The notes beneath the pieces are model-generated. The model was not told where the DNA came from. It saw only the letters and a list, made by a program, of their open reading frames with translations, and made no database searches. The translations under genes and the position numbers were made by a program. A DNA stretch of 52,009 nucleotides, filler included, from Sphacelaria rigidula (taxonomy: Eukaryota), in assembly GCA_964200075.2 (NCBI GenBank). It is 4 parts of 4 records of this genome, joined end to end, with 100 filler letters (N's around TTAATTAATTAA, not from the genome) between each part and the next. Parts side by side here need not be neighbours in the genome. Positions count along the whole stretch, not along the records: positions 26,059 to 38,985 come from CAXNAA020003294.1; 3 more parts are not named here. One strand, given 5' to 3'. Of this stretch, positions 26,261 through 36,496 are shown piece by piece; positions within the stretch are counted from its first letter, which is position 1; the number at the start of each line of letters is the position of its first letter.

Positions 26261-26787
26261 CTACTGCCTGACGCTAGCTGCTCAAGAACCTCGAGGGCGA
26301 GTACATAGCTCTGCGGGAGATCCATCGTAACAGCTCTCGCGTGGCCGTCTGGGTTGTGCGTGATGCGATGAAGAAGCCCCGGCTCATTCTTGTGCTCATT
26401 TTTGTCGCACGGCCAGCCTGTTCCCCGGCCGAACATCTGTGCAATGCCACTTCCCCCAGACGGCACACAGCTGACACAACTTACGCCGTACTCCAATGAA
26501 AGCTCGTGGGGTTGAAGTCCGCGCGATTTCTCTTTCCAGGCATTCAGCCAATCGCGACTCCGATCTTTCACATTACACGCTGCTCCAAACCCCTCCACTC
26601 GGTCCCACTTGTTTCCCACAAGTACCACACTCGCGTCCGGCACACGGAAGGATAAATGCCTCAGCCAGGAGGCAATTCCAAGGTCTTCTAGGTCGATGTT
26701 GATGGTGCTAGCTTTCCCCGCATCAAATACCAAAAGGTACACAGCACGAGGAGTGAGGAACAGCTGGAGCAGCCCGTAGTACACAAC
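26261..26787 (-). CDS. LRR-ROCO gene, ROC C-terminal/COR-start exon (later exons lie beyond the contig end)
   Basis: TTTCATAG|GTT acceptor (phase 0) and AG|GTGAGA donor (phase 2). Encodes VVYYGLLQLFLTPRAVYLLVFD...WLRHLSFRVPDASVVLVGNKWD (G4 NKxD)...LPQSYVLALEVLE. Confidence 0.93.
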
Positions 26788-27279
26788 CTATGAAATGGTC
26801 GCAGTGATTGATCAATGCAACGGCGGAGTCAAATGGCAACAACTGAGTGAGCCACAGAGCGCAGATTCATAGATAAGACGACCATATCAATATACTGACC
26901 GTGTCCAAGATGCTGTGAGGTAGCAGTCAATTTTGTCATGGAGTCGTAGGGGTGACCCCCGAGTTGGAGCCAAAATATCGCCCGCGAGCTTTTGGGGAAA
27001 CGAGACCGGCTCATTGACGATGAGGTCAACCGAAGAGTCAGCGTTGTGAGCTTGGAGGCACTAATGGCAGTGAGTGTGCTCGAAGAGAATATCGAAACTT
27101 TTGCCCATGCTGTAGAGGCAGGATAAGTCACGCGACGAGCTACGAGTTAAAATGCTGCGGCCTTTCGCATCGACGAGTACCACAATAAGGAAGTACGTCG
27201 ACATATCATGTAAGCGGACGGGCTGCGGTAGACCAAGCGCGACAGAACTAATGCTCACGGGAACGAAAATGTGCCTCAC

Positions 27280-27412
27280 CTGACCAGCACAATCAAATAT
27301 CCGAATTGCATGACCATCGACTTCGTGATCTTCAACATCCACATGAACCGTGCTGTCCTCACCACCCTCTCTTGTGGTGCACGGCTTCCCGGCCTTGATG
27401 CTGTGACGTAGG
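27280..27412 (-). CDS. LRR-ROCO gene, ROC switch I/II exon
   Basis: CTCGCAG|C acceptor (phase 2) and GGTCAG|GTGAGG donor (phase 0). Encodes SLRHSIKAG...DSTVHVDVE...IRIFDCAGQ, with G2 Thr and G3 DxxG. Confidence 0.93.
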
Positions 27413-27865
27413 CTGCGAGAGAGCATGTATCACATGACAAGAGACAAAGTTCAATCCAGTTGACCATCAATGATCACACGGTATCTGACGTCGGTCAAGT
27501 CTCCCGAGCGCCTGGTCAGAAACCATTTTGAATCCCATGACGCTCAGTCTCAACAGCATCTCCCCGTCAAGTGACGTCACGTCTAATTTTGATGACTGCA
27601 ACTCGGTTCCCATTAGACACTAGGAAAATCAGACTTGGTCGTGCCGCCGGGAGGGCATGGTCCTACCACGTCTTGGATGCGATATTTCGGTAAGCCGCGG
27701 ATTAGCTCCCACAGTAAAAACAGTGTCAACAGCACGGTCTCTGTGTGACCAGTCTACATGGGTACAAGTTCAGTGCGCAAATGTCGGTGGGATCATTCCG
27801 CAAAACGATCGCGGAATCCCCTAAAACGTTCGGAATCCACAACAGGAGAAATAGCTAGTTCGTAC

Positions 27866-28088
27866 CTCGTCTTCCCGACAGTCTCCTTTCCAACGATGAC
27901 AACCTTAAGTGGTCGGGTTACCGTGGAAGTTCCGCCCCCGATCATGGCTTTAAAGTATCCTCTCACCGCTGGTATACCACCCGTCACGATCGACTCGGGA
28001 GGGTGCTCCCACGGATTTTGATGAAGGGACAAGGAGAAAATTCTTTCAAGGCAGTCCAGAAGAGAGGCCAATTTCACCGGAAGGCTAC
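27866..28088 (-). CDS. LRR-ROCO gene, LRR C-cap/hinge and ROC P-loop exon
   Basis: TTCCAG|GT acceptor (phase 1) and ACGAG|GTACG donor (phase 2). Encodes SLPVKLASLL...QNPWEHPPESIVTGGIPAVRGYF...LKVVIVGKETVGKT, containing the NP..PP hinge and the G1 motif GxxxxGKT. Confidence 0.93.
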
Positions 28089-28600
28089 CTGGAATACACC
28101 AAAATGAAACGCGAGACATGCAGTAGGGCGGAAACATGAAAATTGCGTTGTCAACAGCTAGGGTGGCGCGCATCGCGCACTACCCACGTCCCTATACTGT
28201 CCGGGTCACTCGTCTTTCGTCTACACTGCACGTTTTTAGTTCGGAAGGGGCTGCAATATCTCGGGCATGAACTTGGTGCCTACAGCCAACTCGAGCGATG
28301 CCACGGTAGGGGTGCACTTTTTCCGCCAAATCTCGTCTAGTTCAGGAATTCCGCACGGTTTTAAATGCCCGAGAATATGGGACAGGGCCAGTTCACAATG
28401 AGACTACCTGGAATATGCCAAAATAAAACGCGTGACATGCGGTAGGGCGGCAAGATGAGAATTGCCTCGTTGACGGCCAGGGTGGCGCGCTTCGCACACG
28501 ACCCACACCTTTACACTGTGGGAGTCACTCGTCTTTCATTTGCTTTGCATGTTTTCAGGTGGGGAGGAGCTGTCGCGTCTTCGGTCGGAACTTGGTGCCT
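28060..28600. repeat. Diverged ~318-bp tandem duplication of the intron 3' end, acceptor and start of the ROC-entry exon
   Basis: CTACCTGGAATA..CCAAAAT.AAACGCG.GACATGC.GTAGGGCGG at 28085 and ~28404. Similarity continues through GGGTGGCGCGC, GTCACTCGTCTTTC and ACTTGGTGCCT. Confidence 0.85.
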
Positions 28601-28955
28601 TCGAACCCAGAATTCCAATGAGGGAAAAGATGGTGCAATGTCTCAAGTCGGGGGGTAGCATTGCGTCCACACCACGCACGGTATAAAAATATAGCAGTGG
28701 ATAGTCGCGTGACGTCTCTTCACGGTTCTCGAAGACATTTGAGGTCACGCCGCCTGTTATAAGCGTACTAAACTGAACACGGAGGCTCTACAGATATTTT
28801 TCCAATTACTCAATGCTCTACAACGGGACCTTCGAGTGTAATCTTCCTCAAAACTCCACTTCATGTCCCGAACATGAGCGAGAGCGTCTCGGAATGCCGC
28901 GAATCATCGACAGAAACCAACCCACCCGGTTGGGCTGCCGACGTCCTGGCCTTAC

Positions 28956-28979
28956 CCTGACGGAGTGGATGCCACAGCC
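28956..28979 (-). CDS. LRR-ROCO gene, probable 24-nt linker micro-exon
   Basis: GTGCGTGCAG|GGCTGTGGCATCCACTCCGTCAGG|GTAAGG, strong splice sites, phase 1-1, encodes (G)LWHPLRQ. From memory (unchecked), brown algal ROCOs have a 'GLW' linker after the last LRR. Confidence 0.6.
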
Positions 28980-29587
28980 CTGCACGCACACGTGGGATGA
29001 TCGGCGGAAATTGTAACGTGGAAACTTGTGCACCGAGCAGGAAAACAAGTCTACGTAGCGCCCAGCATGAAAACTTCAATCGTGTGCATTCCGACAACAT
29101 GACGCTGTAGAGGATATTCAATGTCGAGCCCCACGGAGATCTGTCAATTTAGGATTTCGTGCATTGTTGTTGGAGGCACAAGTGAGGCAAGCGGATTGAA
29201 CTCTTCAGCCTTGGCTGGTCACGACTTCCGTACCCTGTGAGTGCATGAGTGTATAACCGCCACAACGATGAGAATGATTTGATGCTGTACCGTGCTGGAC
29301 AGCACCCTAAAGTGCTTGTATACGTGCAGTGCATGATTCGGCAGTGAGCGCGGCATATACGCCACTAATGGCTGGAAAAAAGGGGTATACGATGCTTTCT
29401 AGAGGGTACTTTTATCCTCCCATCAGTCACTATTTCCCCGGGATGAGAATCGCGATGGACGATTCAAACTGGAGTGACCGACGGCCGCGTGTGGGGCCAG
29501 GAGCGTCTATGACAGAACGATGAAACACTCGGGTGAACTGCGAACCGTATCCCTCGTCCCATACAGTCACTCCTGGAAGGAGCTCGA

Positions 29588-29631
29588 CGCCTCGCCGATT
29601 GCTCGAGACGTCCAGTTCTCAGGTTGCTAAG
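29588..29631 (-). pseudogene. 5'-truncated LRR pseudo-exon
   Basis: CTTAGCAACCTGAGA-A-CTGGACGTCTCGAGCAATCGG translates as LSNLR/LDVSSNR with a frameshift, followed by a dead donor-like TCGAGCTCC. Confidence 0.65.
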
Positions 29632-29658
29632 ATAACATCAGTTCCATCAGTTACATCG

Positions 29659-30074
29659 GTTCCCCACCTCCACGACAAGGCGTCCCGCCTACCCGGAGCC
29701 TACCCGGAGACGAGACACAGTTACACAACACAACAGCCGACCACAACTTGACGCTATAGCGTGACCCTCCAATACTACCCCTGCTTACATACACGTTTAT
29801 TTGTCCCGAGGAACTCACCGCTTAGCTGGTTGAAGGAGAGGTCAAGCGTCTCGAGGTTGCTGAGCTGACCGAGGGTGTCCGGGATAGCGCCTGCGTGGTG
29901 TCCAAAACACGCGTGGATTGCAGTGCCATCAGTTCCCCACCTCCACGACAAGGCGTCCCGCCTACCCGGAGCCTACCCGGAGACGAGACACAGTTACACG
30001 ACACAACAGCCGACCACAACTCGACGCTATGGCGTGACCCTCCAATACTACCCCTGCTGACATACACGTTTATT
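29659..30074. repeat. 143-bp intronic direct repeat pair (29659-29801 and 29932-30074) flanking the intact LRR exon
   Basis: Offset 273 bp, 4 mismatches in 143 bp. Each copy contains CCTACCCGGAG twice in tandem. Confidence 0.95.
29819..29890 (-). CDS. LRR-ROCO gene, intact 72-nt single-LRR exon
   Basis: CACGCAG|GC...AGCG|GTGAGT, exactly 72 nt, phase 1-1. Encodes (G)AIPDTLGQLSNLETLDLSFNQLS(G), matching the 24-aa plant-type LRR consensus GxIPxxLGxLxxLxxLxLxxNxLS. Confidence 0.95.
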
Positions 30075-30122
30075 GGTTCAACAGACACATGGCGATACCC
30101 TACATTCGTTCAGGGAACTCGT

Positions 30123-30192
30123 CGCCTTCCCGGGTTTTGTAGAGGGAAAACTTTCCTAGCCCGCCCAGCTGACCCAAAAATCGGAATTTCAT
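30123..30192 (-). pseudogene. Decayed LRR pseudo-exon (70 nt)
   Basis: Reads EIP-FLGQLGGLGKFSLYKTREG after allowing a 2-nt deletion. Acceptor reads CGG instead of CAG; donor reads ACGAGTTCC versus GTGAGTTCC at the intact exon. Confidence 0.75.
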
Positions 30193-30263
30193 CCGAAGTG
30201 TTCGAAACGGATAGACGTACATCGGATGTTTGTATTTCCACAGTAGTTTTTTGTCCGTGCGCT

Positions 30264-30310
30264 CGGTGAGAGTCATAGATGCCTCCAGGAGTCCGAGGTT
30301 TCCGGGAACG
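30264..30310 (-). pseudogene. Possible highly decayed LRR pseudo-exon
   Basis: After CTTCAG it reads VPGNLGLLEASMTLT (IPxxLGxLxxLxxL-like); no donor visible. Confidence 0.3.
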
Positions 30311-31354
30311 CTGAAGTAGCGTCATCATACACCGAGTGTGCTGAAACTTGTGTTGGGTAGATCATAACCTCGCGAAACAGAGGAAGGCTAAATATATACA
30401 GCGTTCGCCACGTTTCCCCAGGCAAGGCTAAAAAGAACGAGAGCGGACGCATGATAGCAATGAAGCCGTTCACCAAGCCTACTGAACCCTGTCGACACAT
30501 CGGAGTCCCGCAGACTAAGCGAAGGCGGACGTTAGCCGCGTAGCAGAGGCATGTGGAATTCCGAAATGTCTCATGGGGTTTGGGTGGCGCATGTTCAAAG
30601 AGCCTGTGAGAACATGGGATACAAACAGGTACCGACAAGCTTTGACAAGTACACTCACGGTGAACGGACAGACCACGTGCCGATACGGTGTGTCTACCTG
30701 ACTAACACGACGTGAAAATGCCCTCCTCGAGCATCCCGATATGGTCACAAGATAGACGTACGAGAGATGAAACACGCATCAATCCTGGCTGAAGCGAAGT
30801 GGAGAAAAAACATGCGGGGTCGACACATCACACAAGTCTAGAGGGCGAAAAAAACCGTCCTCAAAGAACAACTGCAAAAAGTCCGCAAAGGACAACTGCA
30901 ATTGCCCTGCCCCGGAAAGGTGACTTCAGGTGGAGACGATCTTTCGGAACAGCACATGCATTTCTCCTCGAGATGAGGCAGTCAACACCATGGGAACACA
31001 TTACCGTCCATCTATTCCGGCGGCATAATGTTGAGGGTGAGCTCCCATACCGTAAGTAGAATCAACAAACGGGAACACATGTATATCGGTAGAGACTCAA
31101 CAAGGGAACGACACAAGTTAAGGAGGCTTGAACGCCAAACGATACGGCGAACGATACAGTACAATCAAGTCGCTGAAACACCACAGGAAGCACCCTGGCA
31201 ACACTATCAACGACAGAATCAACATTCAACGCGTACACGGGGGTACTCGAGTTCAAGTGACCGCTCGTATCTCCAACTTCATCGCTGGTCGGCTACCAAG
31301 CGGGCCACTCTCACGACCACCTCAATCCTGGATCCATGGTAAGGCTCACAGTAC

Positions 31355-31523
31355 CTTGGATGCGATGGTGTCGAAGAAAAAGCTGGACCACACGACTTTC
31401 ATCGTTAAGTTTTACTCCTTCCCAATCCGAGAGGTCGACATTCGTTCCCCAGTTACGCAAGGTAACCCCAGGACCGGCCGACAGATACAGAGTAAGCAGG
31501 AGGTCACTATCCGTCGGTGCCAT
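31355..31523 (-). CDS. LRR-ROCO gene, first coding exon (LRR N-terminal cap)
   Basis: ATG at 31523. Encodes MAPTDSDLLLTLYLSAGPGVTLRNWGTNVDLSDWEGVKLNDESRVVQLFLRHHRIQ(G), which resembles the LRRNT_2-like cap (TD..L..LY...NW.T...LS.W.GV..N...RVV.L.L) of brown algal LRR-GTPases. Ends at phase-1 donor CAAG|GTACTG (169 nt = 56 codons + 1). Confidence 0.9.
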
Positions 31524-32369
31524 TTCAGGAAGAACCTGTGTAGTTCAAGAGAGGGAAAACGGTATCTCAGGTGATCGAAAGAGCAAAACCAACTTGAGTG
31601 GGACGAGTCACCCCCTTTATATGATGGGACCAGTACGTTGGGATCATCGCAAAATGAAATCGTCAAATACTCTACACCGCGAACGACACACAGCTTCGGA
31701 CTTACGTATGGACCGCTTCGCGGCGTGGTAACCACTCCGGGGAGGATATCCAAATTCGACGAAAAATAAACCACAGCGACAACCACCTGGGTCGTACTTG
31801 TGGCTCTTAGCAACGACACTCACCCGACGACACACATCTCAACTTGATACATATCAAAACCTGAGACGTCCGATGACGCGCTTACATGGCTGCGGATTTT
31901 GCCGAGATGTGCTGACGAGAACCACAGCGTTGTGGCCAACCGAGTAGTAGACATGTCCGATTGAATACATCCTACATAACCGACACAGGAAACTATACTT
32001 CCGCTGTGTCATGGCACCGTCATGTTTGCACGGTACCTCGATCATCTCCGGTATCATGAGCGACAATATTTTCGCGCATCACCCTGGATGAGCGCGAATA
32101 CCAAACCATCAATCCCATTTATTTTTCTCCGTGAGTTGTTGGCATTTCTGTTCCAAAAAACTGTTGTGAAATGTTCCGTAGCCGATAACTCACGGCGAAA
32201 AAAAATGGGATGAAAGGCTTGGTGTTCGCACATGCGTCCTGGGCGGGGGGGGAGGGGGGGAATGTTGGTGATGATGGCGTTTTTTGCGNNNNNNNNNNTT
32301 TTTGTTAAAAGCTGAGGAACAAGAAGGAAAAAGAAAAAAAAAGGGGGGGGGGGGGGTGGGGTGTCCCCA

Positions 32370-32400
<31 letters not shown>

Positions 32401-32456
32401 ATGTTGGTGATGATGGCGTTTTTTGCGCCGGGCCTCATGTGTGAAATTCGTCCCAG

Positions 32457-32757
32457 GATGCCTGGAGAAGGGCTCGCCATGGAGGGAGGGGGCGCAGTGG
32501 CAGCGGCGGCAGGAGTCGTGGGAACGGGAACGGATGAGGCGGTGGTGGCTGCTGGGGGTGTGGGCGAGGACGATGGAGGGTCAAACTATTTGAGCGAGTC
32601 CGGCATGGGAACTACTCGTCCACAACGTGAAGGAGGACGGACTCCACGATCTCTGCGTTTGATACCTCAGGCGTACGGCGGGATTGAACTCGTGAGTCAA
32701 GCAGCGTACTTCAGAAATTATGCACATCTGCTCGAACCGTCGTCCAACAAGCTGTAG
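32457..32757 (+). CDS. Candidate terminal exon of an unidentified gene
   Basis: CCCAG| acceptor, Gly/Ala-rich open frame ending GGIELVSQAAYFRNYAHLLEPSSNKL-stop; upstream sequence is poly-G and a gap. Confidence 0.3.
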
Positions 32758-33471
32758 GTGAAAATATCGGGTCGGAATCGCCTCGAAATAGTGTGTTCGC
32801 TTCGTGTGTGAACGTTCAGTGTTTGATATGCCCCTCGGCACTCGATTCCGTTTCGACGATTTGGGGAGGCGAGGGGGAGAAGATGGCTGGGTCATTTACG
32901 AAGTTGTTGGGAAAAATATCAGTTCAGATTGACTTGGGTATTTTTTGCAATCAAGGCTTCAACATGAGCGTCTTAGTTTGGCTTGCATCATTTCGAGTAT
33001 TTTTTGTTCGGCGACATGTTCATAATTCAACAACTGGAATATTGCGATAAATATCGGAGCGAGATTCGCGACTTTCGCCCAAAAAGTAGTCTACGGTACA
33101 CTTTTAGATCGATCGGTACACTTCCAGAGAAACGGGTGGTGTTTTTGGATCGGCCCCGCCTCGTGCGTTTTGCTCGATATTGCCCAGAGGTACCAGTGTC
33201 ACCATCTGAAATTCGGCAGTAACAGGCTTAGCAACTAGAGAAGAAAGCACTGCTTTAATATCGTGAGGCAGTCTATCAGGAGTTCACGTGAGTTGCACAA
33301 TGGCCCAGCTTCATCGCGTATTTGGGTGCAGGTCAAGGTGAAACTAATCGCATGCGGAGCGAAATTCGTGGAACGGTGCGTCTTGACCTACATACAATAT
33401 ACAATATGGAGCAGACAGCACAGACAGTACAACAGTGGCGGACTGTACGGTCTGTTTTGTTGTCCACGTGG

Positions 33472-36400
33472 TGTGTTTCGCACAGCGTGCGGGCGCGATG
33501 TGGATGAGAAGCGGGCGACGCGACACACGGCAAATTTGACAGAGACGCTTTTGGCCTCTTTGCATACAGGAGGATGCACAGCAGATTTGAACCACGTGCA
33601 GATTTTCATCGCCTCAAGACTAAAAGCGCGTTGGTAATTCGATCCCCCACCTCGAGACGCAACTCTGTCGGTGGACCCTGCCACAAAATTAGCTGCCCAA
33701 GTCTTTGCCAGCAAGAAGAAACACCCGCCGAAGGTTTGGTGGTGCCGGTTTCCTATTATCGCTGCACTATCTATCCCTGTGCCGGGTTCGTGATTTGTGC
33801 CGCAGGGGTGGGTAGGTAGTCGGGAATGAACGGTTCGGCTCTCGCATGATTCTGCGGAAGGGCAGATAGTATCTGGCACGGCTGTCTGCAACATGGGAGT
33901 CACGTGCCGCTTCGTTCATTCCACCGCTCGTTGCGCTCGAAAAAGCCAAGCTTCTTGTTCTCGACCCTGCCCGTCGCGCCCAACCTATTATAAAATGAGC
34001 TCGAACCCAACTTGGAAAATGAATGCCGTAGACGTATCAGATTCGGTCTCGCGAAGACCATTTCGATTCGACCGCATGTTCCCGACTGGGTAAAAATCTG
34101 ATACGTCTACTGTACGTCATTTATGTTCCTCGATGGCCCTGACTCCATTTCAGAATTAGTTAAGCGCGACGGGCAGGTCAAAAGCAAGAAGCTTGGCGTT
34201 TTCGAGCGTAACGAGCGGCGGAATGAACGAAGCGGCACGCTACTCCCCCATGTTGCAGACAGCCGTGCCAGATACTCCCTTTCGCAGAATTATCCAAGAC
34301 CCAAACCGTTCATTCTCGACCACCTACTCATCCTTGCGGCACAGATCACGAACTGGGCGCAGGGATACACTGCAGTGAAGGGAAACCGAATCACTGTTCA
34401 AGCATGATATGTTCGTTTTGTTGGCGAGAACTTGGGATCTGCTTTCGTGACGAGGTCCACCGACGGACATGTGTGTCGGGGTAGAGGATCGATTTGCCAA
34501 TGCGCTCATGGACAGTTCGTTCACCTCTAGACCGCGAGTAACTTTCTTGTTGATTTGGCATCAATTTCAAGTGAAAAAAGTATGTATGATCCAGAAGGAC
34601 TGATCTCGCGGTCCAGGGGTTGAGGCGGTGAAAAACTACACGGTTAGGACAAATCAAGATTCACGGTTAGGACAAATCAAGAACAAGTCGACTCGCCATG
34701 ACGCGCAAGCAGTCATGCTGTATAAACCGGAGGTCCCGCGGAGTCGAGGGTGAATAGCACAGATGCACTGCAGCCATCTTGCGCGCAGTACAGCTGTGAA
34801 AAATATGCGCGTGGTTCAAGGCCCATCAATAGTGAAGAGTCGACCTGTATACAACTCGTCAGTCTTGCATCAGCCCGAAGGTGGGACAAATGTGCGGGCG
34901 CTTATCCCCAACAAGTTAGCCAAGCAAGTTGTACATGACGTTCCCGACCCATGATAATAAAAACGCGTGACATGTACAATCGATGCATCCATATTTTCAT
35001 CGCAGGGTTGACTCTTTTGCCCATTATTTACCCCCAAGTCATGGAAGGTATGAAGCGAGGACCCTCGGGTTAGACCAAGCCAGGCACAAGCCAAGGAGAT
35101 GTATGATTTACAAATGATGTACGACTATTATGATCTTTCCAATGAAATGATGGCTCTGAGTTGACCACGAGTCATCATGTCATATCGCCAAAAATTCTGA
35201 AAGCATCGTGTGCACAGTCGGTACCGTTACCGTTCACGGTACGGCAAGGTATCACAGTGATGTTTCATGTTATACTGATGTGCTCTGCGTTGGCCTCGTT
35301 TTGGTGTGGTGAGTGTAGTGAGCCCGTGAATGTGTAGTGCAGCGTACAGTGTCGTATTGTGGGAGCACACGGTACGCTGCCGTGCTGGTTTGTACGGAAC
35401 TGTGTCGTGATGTGCTGTAGTGTATTTTGTTGTAGTCTAGTCTATTGTAGTGTGACCTAGCCTAGCCCAGCGTAGTGTATCCGTGTTGCTGTGCTATGCT
35501 TTGTTGGGCCCGGACAAGGAAACTCCGAGTGGGTTCTGTCAAGGTCCGTTCATAAACAGCAATTGCCAGCTGCGGTGAACCACCGTACATCACTGCGCAT
35601 TTTTTTTTTACGATACGCAATCTACAATATCCTCCATGTTTATTCCTTGTCCCATGGTACCGGCCACATCCCCTTCGCTGTCGGTTAGTCCCAAGCACAG
35701 AAAAGTGAAAAGTGCTTCGTGTACCGGCACGGCGGAGCAATTTGTACAGGTGCCTTCAGTACAATATCGCGTGCTTCCTCCCTGTGAGATCTCAAGACAA
35801 CAGCATTCGATCACGCCATCGATGGTTTTTAATTGGAAGAACGCATATTTTCACCATTACGCGGAGGAACCACTTGTGCACGGTACCAAACAGCCGCGGC
35901 GAACTGACGCGCCTCCTCCCACCTGCCGGGTGTAGTATCATGTTGACTCGCCATGATACGCAAGCTATCATCCTGTATAAACCGTAGGTCCGCGGAGTCG
36001 AGGGTGCATTACACATGCAGCACATTACCCACGAGAAAAAAATGTGCGAGATACAGGCCCCATCAACACGAAATGGCAGAATTCACCCCTTTGCCAAGTG
36101 TTTGTCCCACTTTCACTCGAGGGTGGATAACATATAACATTTTGTGCAGTGCCGGCAACTTGCGCGTTTAACAGGTTTGAGAAAAGTGTGTGTGGTTCAG
36201 GCCGCATGACTGCAGATTGATTACCGTTATTGACTTGGGTAGGTCCCGCACCATCACCAAGAAGGGTTGACAGCGTGAATTACATCTCATGTACGAACCG
36301 CATGATTTTTTCATTGAGATGATTGAGTTGACTCTCGATTTGATTTGTTCTAACCGTGAAAAACTACACGTGGTTCAAATCTGCTTCGCATTCTCCTGTA

Positions 36401-36496
36401 TGCCGAGAGGCAGAAAGCTGTGGTATCCGTCAAATCTGCCGTGTATTGCGTTGCCCGCTTCTCGTCCGCGTTGCGCTCGCATGCTGTGCGAAACAT
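33472..36496. mobile_element. Foldback (long inverted repeat) element interrupted by the hAT-like insertion
   Basis: Left arm ~33472-33979 is the diverged reverse complement of 34164-34638 plus 36359-36496, e.g. GTATCTGGCACGGCTGTCTGCAACATGGG versus CCCATGTTGCAGACAGCCGTGCCAGATAC. Confidence 0.8.
34639..36358. mobile_element. Non-autonomous hAT-like DNA transposon
   Basis: TIR CACGGTTAGGACAAATCAA ... TTGATTTGTTCTAACCGTG (18/19 match) with a perfect 8-bp TSD AAAAACTA at 34631-34638 and 36359-36366. No transposase ORF recognised. Confidence 0.85.

Noticed and set aside
30965-31036. Inverted (plus-strand) LRR or cap exon ending HLFRRHNVEG|GTGAG inside the first ROCO intron
   Set aside because: A donor-like site is present, but there is no acceptor at 72 nt and no IPxxLGxL core; likely chance.
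32260-32427. Direct repeat GAATGTTGGTGATGATGGCGTTTTTTGCG around poly-G
   Set aside because: It straddles a 10-N gap in poly-G sequence and is most likely an assembly overlap artefact.
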